Assembly: GCA_973895155.1 (NCBI GenBank)
Contig: OZ316899.1
Location: 8,807,241 to 8,871,240, forward strand
From: Marsupella aquatica
Lineage: Eukaryota > Plantae > Marchantiophyta
DNA: 64,000 nt
Direction: 5' to 3'
Shown here: one piece after another, positions 40,701 through 51,673 of the stretch
Position numbering within the stretch: position 1 is the first letter of the stretch
How the letters are laid out: the number at the start of each line of letters is the position of its first letter
The notes under the pieces: model-generated
Databases searched by the model: none
What the model saw: the letters and a program-made list of their open reading frames with translations, nothing else
Told to the model about the DNA's origin: nothing
Position numbers and translations under genes: made by a program

Positions 40701-41974
40701 CAAAATGGAATGTCCCTGACCACACTTTGGCCACCTCTTTCTTTCGTGGAATGGATCCATTTTTATCTGATGACGGAATGCTGGCCATTTTACATAACGG
40801 GGAGTACAATCCGATGTCATAGGTTATATCGGCCTGTCAGGATTCGAAGAAATTTCATTGCATCTCGTCACACAATGTTGTCATGTCAGTTCCAATGTAC
40901 GCGCCGAAGACTGACCGACAGGTAAATTTATCATCGTGACATCTGGTTTGTGGTTCAAAAAATGTTTATGAATACATCCATTGACATACCTTTCTTGGGT
41001 TATATTACAGATCTTCACGCTCAGGCTTGACGTCTTCTGTCGAGTGTTTGAAAAAGGGAAGGTGCCAAAAGACTCGAGGTTTAGACCTCTGTCTGCCACA
41101 GAAGATCCCTCCATAACAAATTTAATTGGACTTCCCTCTCTCAAAGTCGATCCAACACCTGAGATGGAATTTGCTGGAAATGCCCGTTTGTCGATTGGAT
41201 TCATGCAATCTGTCATTGAGCTCATCACTTGTCCTAGGGATATTTTCATGGATTGGATAGTGGGGTCAGGTAGCTCTTTTGTAGCTGGAGACTATTCTGG
41301 GAGGTTTGTAATTGGAGTGGAGAATAGGAAAGATTTCGTTGAAACTGGTTCCAAGGTGTTCTTAGATATACTTTCTCCAAAGGAAGTCGAAACTTTGCCA
41401 CCCCCAATTCAACCACCCAAAAAGAAAAGGAGAGACAAGCTCCGTTCTGTACTTAATTTTGACTCTGACGACGAGTCAAGTGGTGGTACAGCAAACGAGG
41501 ATGAGGATGGCACACCTGAGGGGAAGGGTCAGGAACAATCCGCTGGCCAGAGTGACAGCGATGACTCTTCCGAGTAATGTTCTGAAACTCGTAAGCTTCT
41601 TTCTCCTTTCCAGTTCCTTCATGCTTTTGTGCTATCCATTCATACAATCGGTTGACGAACTTCTATTCTCACCCAGGTCCGAATGGAATACAAGAAGACG
41701 CTTCAAACTCAGAAGAAAAGTAGCTCGTTTTGAAATTGTCACTCCGGAGAAACCATTTGTTTTACCCTCTTATGCTGAAAACGCTGCAAGAATGGAAGAT
41801 AATCAGAGGACTCTTTGTTGGGAAAACAAAGGTCTCCGGCTACAAAGAGGAGTTGATAGAAAATTTGTCTGAAATCCTTATGTAGACGACATTTGTAGGA
41901 GCAAGTATGTAGACGATGAGGCGGTCTCTACCGAGAGGTCACAGCGCTCCAAATCGGAATCGTCCGATTCTTGA
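37770..41974 (+). pseudogene. ParB/Srx-like + beta-class N6A/N4C DNA-methyltransferase-like fusion gene of element C (5 exons, ~1210 aa)
   Basis: Exons 37770-38509, 38646-39979, 40218-40921, 41011-41573, 41677-41974 join in frame via GT-AG introns; IPLCQL..VR...LKDSF...GY...FYV...VFDGNHRL; ITCPRDIFMDWIVGSGSSFVAG...GRFVIGVE; six in-frame TAG/TGA stops, no frameshift. Confidence 0.85.
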
Positions 41975-42391
41975 AGCGTTTTTGCGGCTTAGATTTTGCC
42001 AGCGCCGGGTGCTGTTATCATAATACATGTATTTATTATCCCAGATATGATTTGTTTACGTTATATTGAAAACAAAATGTATCAAATTACTCATTTCCCT
42101 TACTAGCGCCAGGCGCTCCCCAAACGTCTATTTTTCTAATTGCGAATTTTGAATCCTTCGTCCGTTCCTTGGCCCCGCATATTTTGTTGTTACCAAAAAT
42201 AGTCGTCTCTTTCTCAATGGTCCTTTTTGCGTTGAACCTTTCTGTGATACATTTTTGTTGATCTCCGAACCTAAACTCTCCATTAGGTCACTCTCGCAAG
42301 TTATTTCAGACACAACCTCTCTCAAAGTCGGGTCATTTCAACAACACCGGTCTTGTCTTTAGCCTAGGTTTCGTTTAACAGTGCCCACCAG

Positions 42392-42862
42392 ATGGAGAAG
42401 AAGGAGATCATGTCTTTGGAGGAGATGCTTGCATTCTTCGCTCCTTCTAGAGTTCGATCGGACAAGAGTCACTTCAACTCCTTCGAGTCCGTTCATGGTG
42501 ACACTTCTAGCAAGACCTCGACCTTCCAGAATTGTTTTGTGCTTCCGTATGATGAGGCGATTAGTCCCGGGGAGAGGAACTTACCTTGGATTGACGACCG
42601 GGACACTCCGCTCGCAGTTCCTGATTGGTTTTTGTTTCATTATGTCATTCCTGCTGATGGTATTCAGCCTATTCAGCGATGAGTACAAGAGCGATTGGGA
42701 TGTGTTGACTTCCTCGATACAAATGTTCCAGACCCCGGGAATCAGAATGCGGAGTTTTGGTGCCCCTCGTCTTCTTATGTGCGGCTCAGGGGTCTAGGTT
42801 TCAAGCAAAACCACAGACGGGCCAGGGCGGGCATTGACGACGACTGCCAATCTCAGAGCTAA
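42392..42862 (+). pseudogene. Orphan ORF3 of element C (156 codons, one internal TGA)
   Basis: Same length and position as 49754-50224, with shared motifs DE.IS....LP, G.V.F.D.N.P, GF.Q...R..A..DDDC.S. Confidence 0.7.
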
Positions 42863-43986
42863 AGTTGTTCACGATGGAGGTGGTTACAGTGACACAAGCT
42901 TTAGTGGCCATAGGCTTCCCATTTAAGCTAGCGCCGAGCGCTGCTTTTGTTCGTCTTGGACCGTGGGATTTCTCCTATGGTTGATTCAAAGTTCATGTAT
43001 TTTTGGCTACATGTTTAGGCCCATTTTGGATCAGCGGCCCTGTTATGTGCAGCTCAGCTCAAGAAAAAGCACATACGGGCCAGGGCGAGCTTCGGCGGGC
43101 TTCGGCGGGCTTCAACAACTACTAGAAATCGCTAGGATTATAGTGCTTGGGCTGGGGGTGCTTTCAGTGACAGAAGGTCCAGTTTTAGTTTACATTTAAG
43201 CTAGATTTAAGCTAGCGTCAAGCGCTGCTTATGTTCATGTTATGCTGCGGGTTGATTTGAAGATGATCTGCGGATGGTGTAATACCGGTTATATGTTTTG
43301 ACCAATTTTGGAAGTAAGGAATGCAGTTTTGGATCGGCTCTCTTGTTCTTTCATGGTCATTCATTGATTCCTAGATTTGAGCTAGCGCCGAGCGCTGCTT
43401 ATGTTCATTGTGTTCCGTGTTTAGGCGTTGACGTTGATTTCTTGAAGTCCGACATTTAATGTAGCGCCCATCGCTGAAAATATTCAACGTCTGCCGTGGC
43501 CTCTCTTTGTTGGAAATGCTTCAAATTGAGTTTCCTGTGTTCACTTCTCGATTGATATGACGGACAATATCTTCCAGCGTACTAGCGCTGGGCGCTGCTA
43601 ATATCCAAAAATTTTGGAAACTCCTTTTTCTAATGGCCGTTAAGTTCCCTGTTCTCTTCTCGATTGACGGTACGTAGAATCTCCAATCTCCATCATTTTC
43701 ATTATTTTAGGAATACCGAAATTTTGGCTTTCCTGCCGGCATACTAGCGTTGGGCGCTGGTAATCTTAGGTTTTTGGCAACACCTTTGTTCTAATGGCCC
43801 CTACTTTCCTTCACAATTGGATGGTGGTATTGAAAACGATTGAAAATGGGGTTTATTGATGGTGTTTTTTTAACTTCTTGACCAAATAATGGAGCTCAGA
43901 CAATCACATGTTTTTTTTCATTTCTCCTGGTAATAGTAACTGTTTACTGTTACTGTTTCCTGGTTCCTGTCGTTTGTAAATACCCC

Positions 43987-44819
43987 TCCCATCCATTACA
44001 GTTTCTGACTTGAGTCCTGGTGTAAAACTCACATGCTCTATTTCGGCATTCGAGAGAACCACTACAGCTTACTTTCCCAAACTCCCACATCTTCTTCGGA
44101 ACGACATTAGCAAAAGTAGGAAAGATTCTAGTCCAGAGGTAGCAGTCCTTGGATCGATCCATGTTTCGCAGACGATCCCCTTTCGAGCCAACACCTTCAA
44201 CAGGTGGAAGCTCAAATATGGTATTCCCATTGTACTCTACAGGTAAGCATTCAACCTGTTTGTGAATGAATGCCTCGGACCTAACAAAGCGCGATAACTC
44301 ACTTTGTCCAGTTGACTTCAACAAGGCATCAAGTGCGCTTCTTTTGTACACAACCAGAACAGGACGAGTTAGAGTGTCTCCATCATCAGACCCCTCCGAC
44401 GCAATCAATATGGGGGGTACCTGGGGCGTCAACAAACTGGTACCGCCGCCCTCCTTCTTGACCTCACCGCCCTTTGAGATTGGTGGAGAACCCTCAGAGC
44501 ATTCAGCGTCGGACGTAAGGTCAATCACATCGTGAGCCACCTGAGGCCTCTCCACCTTGACCTGAACGATGTCCCTTAGTTCAATGAAAATCAAGTACTC
44601 CACGCCATATTCGAGATTCCAAACAACGTCCTCCGCTTCAGTATCAAAATGAGCGGGCCCATCGTTCAAAGTTCTGACACTCAAAATATGTTTTCTCGTC
44701 ACCCCAAATCTTCCACACAGGTAATTATCACTAACACGTTTCATGGTTTCGGAAATCGACACATGGATCGTCACAACGTCACCTGTATTCGGACACGTTA
44801 TTCGAATAATGCGAGACAT
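43987..44819 (-). pseudogene. MULE-like transposase copy B, 5' part
   Basis: MSRIIRITCPNTGDVV..., RSALDALLK, YNGNTIFELPP, WEFGKVSCSGSLECRNRAC; cut by element C. Confidence 0.92.
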
Positions 44820-46056
44820 TCTAACTCCCCAAAGATAACCGACTACATCAAATAATGATACATGGTAAAATGAAGCTAGATTGTATGGTTGAGGGTTTCT
44901 TCTTAATCCAAGTCTCAAACGAAAAGAGCCGTCGAGCGGTTATAGAATCCGTTGGGTACGGATTTTCTTACCGTTCAAGAAACGGCAAAACCATCAATTC
45001 GGCGGATAGTTACTATTGAACTAATTATTTTGACATTGTAACCGACGTGGTAATATAGTAGCGCCAGGCGCTAGCATTTTCCACATCTAAAAGAGCCCAA
45101 AAATGAACAACAAAAGCAAAGATCAACGGCCATTTTGGTTACTGATACAGGTTAACATCTTATGACAACTACTCATTATGACAACATTTAAGCTGAAATG
45201 TATCGGGTTTCCTTGGAAATAGCGTCTTATTTTTGGCAGACGACAATATTACCCTCTTCTAATATTAAAATTGATCCATTTGAGCTCTAGTAGAAGTTAT
45301 CATAATAATAGCGCCAAGCGCTATCATAAAATTGATAAAAATGTCAAGATCTAACGGTCATTATTTATAGAAACTCGCACATTTTGGGTCCAAACATCTA
45401 AGCCATTTTGAAGTGTCTCGTTACTAGCGCCGGGCGCTATTATTGAAATCTACACATTTAAGCCTTATTTGAGACTAAAAGAAAAATAGCGCCTGACACT
45501 TTCATAAAATTGATAGAAATAGAAGTCGTTTATTACAAAAACTTTCTCGCTTCAGTCCAATCATTCGCATGCTTTTTTAGTACAATGTTTAGGGTCTATT
45601 ATTAAAATCCTTCATTTCAAGATATATTTTAGTCTAGCATAATAATAGCGCCAGGCGCTAATATTAGATCGAAGTAGAATATTGACATAAACGGTCTTTT
45701 TAAACGGTGACTTTGACCGTTTATCGTTACAATTTATAACAAATTCCTGGATAAATATATTCACGAGTACCTATAAACGAGTTAAAATATGACAAGCGTC
45801 ATTCTTTAGTAGGTCTGCTTTTGGATGCTCATGCTTTTCAATGTGTACTTGTCATACATATCGGTCTGCCACAGGGTATATCAGATAAGATCTTTTTGCG
45901 ATAGTGTCTTCCTTGATCGTTAGAACAACCTCTGCGCACGTTTAGGGTCATCGTCAATCATTCGTCCATATCGGTACAGCACCACAAGAAACGTTGCATC
46001 ACGCGAGAAGCACGTTGCAGTGCGGGTTCCCCGTGTGTGTGCATCTTAAACAAACA

Positions 46057-49000
46057 TGGAGAATCATTCTCTTGGCCATTCTGAAACATCCGAGTCCTCA
46101 TTCTCCGGATCAGTTTATACTCAAAGAGTCACTCGTTCGTCTGCGTCAAACTCTTTGTGAAACATTAGTCAGGCTGCGACAAGTCAAGGTCGCCCGTGGT
46201 CATCTGAAGAGACTGGTAAGCGATATGCTGCCATGATGAAGGAGGCAATGAAGGAGTGGAGGATAAAGACATCCAAGATTACCCCCTGATAAGCCCAGAG
46301 TTTGGTGATTTTCTATCAACTTGTGCAGAAATGTACATTCTTACAAAGAGGAACAAACGAGAAAAGAAGCCGGACTCTGTAGTCTGTACAATGGACCGCA
46401 CGCGTCTGTTCACTGTTGTCTCATACTTGGATCCACAACTGCACTGTACACCCAAGCTTAGAAACAATTTTACCATCCCCCGAGTGTGAATGATGACCCT
46501 GTTAAATAGTGGTGTCATATATGGCACATGTGGAGTTTGGTGGAAGGAATTGCAATTGCAATGTTACAGACATCTCTTTCGCAAGTCCAGTCGATCCTAC
46601 CTGCTGATCTTCTGACGCTAGGAGGAGTGGAGACGTTTGAAGCTTTGGTCTTGAACATCACCAATGATTTCAAGACATACGGTGAAACAGTGAAGGCAAA
46701 GTTTTTTAGCTCAATTTGGCAGTCCAAGTACGGAGACAAGGAAGACTATACCATTCGCAACCAGAAGCGAGCCAAGAGATATCTGTATCGCTTCTACATG
46801 GCGATGGAGACCAGTTCTCCAGAGTATTTTTGGGCTTACCCTCCTGCATTCCAAAAATGGTCCGTTCTAGAGGGGGATGCTTTTAGCAAAGTTTACTCAA
46901 TGTACCCTGCCGAAGGGGACGTTCCACCACGTGACATTTCATTGTGGGAGATTACCCACTGTCCATGGTATCTTGACACGGATAAGTGGGACACCCCTTT
47001 CGATGAAGCTAAAAAGGATGCATTTATGAAATTATCAAAGTCTTTAGTGCCTCGGAAAGTTCTCTCTGAAATGAAACAAGGTTTATCGAAAGATGTAGAT
47101 GCCTCGGCGAGCGAGCTGCAGAAACATTGCGAAACAGAAGTTTTGCATGTAGACAGGAGTCAAAAACCCCAAGCAAAAGCAAAAGTAGACACTGGAGTAA
47201 CCAGCCCATCAACGAGATCCGGGAAGAAACGTGAGATTCTTCTATTTTCCATTGGCATTCTGTATTTTCTCTCCACCAGCTTGATTATGTCAGTGACTTT
47301 TGATGAGCGCTGCAGATCAAGTTGTCTATTTATCGGTTGATTTTTTGGGCAGTTTGGTTAGCGCTCGGCGCTGGTGTTATGTGGACCGTAATCTTGGAAA
47401 CTTTTGTATCTTTTTCTAGGTGGACAGAAATCGGATGGAGAAGAAACACAAGATGCGAAGATGACTGTCACTCCTGACATCTCTGTCAGCTGATACGGGG
47501 GAACAAGATGTCCCTGATGAACAGACTCCTCCCAACACGGAGAAGATGGTGCAACCAGCAGATGCCACCAGCACGAAGAAAAAGAAAAAGAAATATTTGG
47601 ATCATGGATTTTCCTCTCGGGATTCGGTCGCTTCTACTGGTGTTCAACGAGATGTTGGACAGTTCAAGTCTAAGACTTCTAGGCATGTTTTTGTTCAGTC
47701 CAGCGTAATGGACTTTTTGAGAGTGCGTTCACAAAAGAGCAGAAACCGGCTTGGGTGTCAAATGTGGAGAAGTGGGTGAAAGACCTAGTCTTGCTTGGTC
47801 TAAGGGAGAAAGGAGTCATAAGAGGAGGAAAGATAAGATCATTTGGAGTTGATGCTGGATTCATTTACCTCCCAACTGGACTGCGCCCATCCCTTTTAGA
47901 GAAGAAGTCTCCAAAATGGAATTCCCCAGATCACAGAATTGTTGGTTCATTCTTTCGCGCAATGGACCCCTTTCTAGCAGATGATGGTATATTGGCCATT
48001 TTGCATACCGGCGAGTATGATCAGATCTCGCAAGTCATCGCCACGAGCTAGGAGTCTCAAAAGTTTTAGTGTCTGAAAACCCTAAACGTGGTTATGGGAG
48101 TTCCAATGTACATGGCCCAAAGTGATTGTCAGGTAAATTCTCTCACTCTTTGTGCTGTCCTTTGTTAGCGCCAAGTGCTAGCTAAAAATGTTTTCATATA
48201 CCCTTCGGTTAAGGGGATATTCTTTGTTAGCGCTATCTAAAATTCATTGTTATGCCGTGATTGTAATGATTTTCTGGTTGGATCGTCGGCATCTTAACAA
48301 AGGACTTTGTTGGGATTTCACAGGTTTTCACATTGAGATTGGATCTGTTCAATCGTGTTTCGTCAAAGGTTAAGGTTCCAAAGGACCCCAAGTTTTGACC
48401 CCTCTCTGCAACTGAAGATCCTTCTATCACTAACCTTATTGGTCTCCCGAGTGTGAGGAAGGATCCAACTCCTTCAGCAGCGTTTGCTGGCAATGGACGC
48501 TTGTCCATTGGGTTCATGCAATCTGTGCTAGAGTTAATCACTCGGCCGGGTGACATTGTCATGGATTGGACTATGGGTTCGGGAAGTACATTTGTTGCTG
48601 GTGACTATTGTGGTCATTTTATTCTTGGTATAGAAAACCGAAAAGAGTTTGTTGAGATTGCAAAAAAGACATGGATGGAGTTATTGATTCCAAAAGATGT
48701 CAGTTCCTCATCTCCCGCTAAAGATGTGGGAAGAAAACAAAAAGATAAAGTTTGCTCTGTCTTAAATTTTGACTCTGAAGATGAAGAGGAGGGAGATGCT
48801 GTTGGAGATGATGCTTCAGGAGGACAAGGAGAGGAAAATGAAGGAAACAAGAAGGAGAGGCATACAACGAAAGAAACAGAAGATTCGGATTCTTTTGAGT
48901 AATGCCCGTAAGCTACTTCACTTTACATTATCGATTATGGAACTGTCCCATTTTCATTTTCAATTCTAATGTGGTTTCGTTCATCTTCCAGATTGGAGTG

Positions 49001-49292
49001 GAATCTTCAAGAACGTTTTAATCTTCGGAGGAAATACTTGAGAAAAGTTCTCGTTTCTCCTCAGAAGCCTTTTGTGTTGCCCTTGTATGCAAACTATGCT
49101 GCACGCAAAGAAGAACAGAGGAGAACACTTACTTGGGAGAGTAAGGGCTTAAGGTTAAGGAGAGGTTCAGATAGGAAATTCATCCATCAGCCTTTACTCA
49201 ACGATGGACCTAGAAGCTAATTTATAGATGATGAAGCCGAGTCTACCGATAGGTCTGGCAATAGCGAGTCCGAGTCTTCTGACTTGGAGTAG
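46057..49292 (+). pseudogene. Methyltransferase-like accessory gene of element B (ParB-like part deleted)
   Basis: Collinear with the C gene: KPDSVVCTMDR, NQKRAKRYLYRFY, HCPWYLD, VDAGFIYLPTG, ITRPGDIVMDWTMGSGSTFVAG...ILGIE; last intron 48899-48991 in frame. Confidence 0.85.
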
Positions 49293-49753
49293 GTTGAGTG
49301 TGAATTTCTAAGGTTTTCTTTGGAACCTTGTACTAGCGCCCGACGCTATTAAACTGGATGTTTGGATTTGAGCCTTTAAAGGAGATAGACGCACCGAAAG
49401 TCTCTTTCCTGAGTGCATATTTGTGCAGATATCAGAAATGCATGTACTCATACAGTTGTACGGTGAATAATTATACCTTCAGTCTGTATGTATTTTTGTT
49501 TGTGATTGATATGATCGTTTGGACTCTCTCAAAGTGTAGTGTTTGTTCAACTTTGGGTTTGTTCAACTTCGTGTTTGTTCAACCCTAAACGCATTTCTCC
49601 CTTTCGTTTCTGTGAGGCGCCGACTCACCTCTTCCTTTCATTTTGTTTGTGCATTGCCCAGACTCACCTCTTCCCTTCGTTTCGTTTTTGGTCTGCCTGG
49701 ACTCACCTCTTCTCTTCTCCCTAAGTTTTGCATCCGTTGTTTCCATCGACTCA

Positions 49754-50224
49754 ATGGATAAGGGGAAGCAAATAGCGAAATTAGAGAGCCGCAATCCACC
49801 AAAGGCGATGGTTTGGAGGTCGATTAGAGATCCGGGTTTAGATTTGACTCCATCTTTTACGCAGTGCCCAGAGATGTCGACCGAGAGGAACAGGTTGTGG
49901 CTGGCCCCGGATGAGGGTATTAGCCACAGAATTGGACACCTTCCATCGCGTGATCCTTTGCCTCCACTTCCTTTCCGAGAGAGGTTCTCTATTCACGACC
50001 CGGATCCTTCCAATGTGTATCGGGTGGAAAGGACAGCTTTTTTCAGAGACATCCAAGCAAACACCGGACATGTGAGCTTTTCAGATTCGAACATCCCGAA
50101 CGACCGGAGTCGGAGTCGCTATCCCGGACCTCGTTTTTTTCTGGATCGAGAGGATGGGTTTTGACAGGATGAGGATAGGTTCAAAGCTCGATTGGACGAC
50201 GACTGCATGTCTTCTACGTCCTAG
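49754..50224 (+). pseudogene. Orphan ORF3 of element B (156 codons, one internal TGA)
   Basis: Homologous in position, length and motifs to 42392-42862. Confidence 0.7.
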
Positions 50225-51673
50225 AGAGTGTGGATTTCTTCTTCGACACTAGCGCCTAGCGCTAGCTTTCTTCTCATCGTTGGAGTCGTTCATGAGTTTG
50301 ATTCATGTCATCTTTTTGAACAGGGACTCCGGTTTGGCCGAGTTAGCTTTATTGCTCCTTCCGTTTTATTATCGCATTAGGTTTTTTGAGTATGTTATTA
50401 GGGTTATTTCTTTTTCTCAAAGGTTATGGACTTTAATAACCTTCTGGATATCAAAGTAATTTCTTTTTCAAGTAGCGCGTGTGGCTAGCGCCTGGCGCTA
50501 CTAATACATGTTCTATTCTCCTCCACAATTATGTAAACCCGCCTCTGTAAAATTGTGTCTTTCACCTCTCTTTTTTCTAGTGTCCTCCAAATATGTTGTG
50601 AATACTATTAGTGGCTCTTTTATTGTTGAAATTGGTTGTTTCCTATTACTGGAATCTGGTTCCTGTCATATGGAAAACCCTCTAACAAAACAATCTTTAA
50701 GCTTGATCCGATGGATTTGGTCTTACCGAGCCAACCAATTTTGAATGTCGGAGAATTCCAGTTCATTGTAGGAAGGGAGAATCTGCATGGTTTATAGGAA
50801 TTTGGATCATCCGACGATACGTTGAACGGACATTTTGTTAATGTTGTTTTGAACGGCAACAAACTCTTGGTTAGCGCTCGGCGCTAGTAAAACTTGTTTT
50901 TCCATAATTGCTGTATACAACTCTAAACATATTGGAGTTCCTATTGAAATTGGTCTCCTTTTTTGTCCGTAATTATGTCATCTTTTGTGTATGCTAGTAC
51001 CAAATCTCTTGTTTTGTTCCTGTCTTTCTCCTGTTATGATTGTTACTGTTTTTTGTTTCCTATCACGGGGAAAAACCTCCAACCCCGTACCCGTAACCTG
51101 CACCCCGTGCACGCTTGGCATAACGTGTTTGGCTTGACATTGATACTTGCACACGAGACTCATACATGCATTCATACATAACAGAAATCTTGATTTACAT
51201 GACAGAATTGAGGGGAAAGGATTTTATTCATATATGATCCTACACTTACGATAGGGTGACCCGACACCTCGTGAATGAACGGGCCCAAGGCCGAGGAGTA
51301 TACACTACAACGGAGCCCGGCTCCGCACTCGCCCGGCGAGCTTAGTCGTATACCCTCCCCTCGGCACTCCGGCACTTCACCGAGTTTGGGACTCCCCGCG
51401 CGTACCGCAAATGGCCAACTTCTGAATCTAAACCCCCCCCCCCCCTTGCTTGTACCGGGGGGCTGCTAAATACTAAGGGCTGAGGACCAGCCTAGCCTCG
51501 TGCCCAAATCTATGCTAACTTATATCCTCGCTAAGCTGGTTATGGCTTGTCCTATTAGTCTAACCTATTCTACACAGCCTGGCTAATGTGTCAGCGCTGC
51601 TATCTTCTGGCCGGCACTTGTCCTAACAGCCTGTTTTAGCTACTCCTAGTTCTATTCTAAGCCTAACCCTCCG

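Larger units (their letters stand above)
32299..43986. mobile_element. Mutator-like element C (11,688 bp, structurally complete)
   Basis: 8-bp TSD TCCCATCC (32291-32298, 43987-43994); inverted GACAGGAA.CAGGAAACAGT cores 15 nt from each end; removal restores transposase B ...CNGWDGTPKLSG. Confidence 0.93.
28672..51079. mobile_element. Mutator-like element B (10.7 kb without nested C)
   Basis: 8-bp TSD CAACCCCG (28664-28671, 51080-51087); ~110-bp imperfect TIRs (28682-28790 vs 50961-51069); transposase on -, accessory genes on +. Confidence 0.92.

Noticed and set aside
37770-41974. Bacterial or phage contamination suggested by the ParB/MTase motifs
   Set aside because: Four in-frame GT-AG introns and TSD-defined nesting within plant-type TEs
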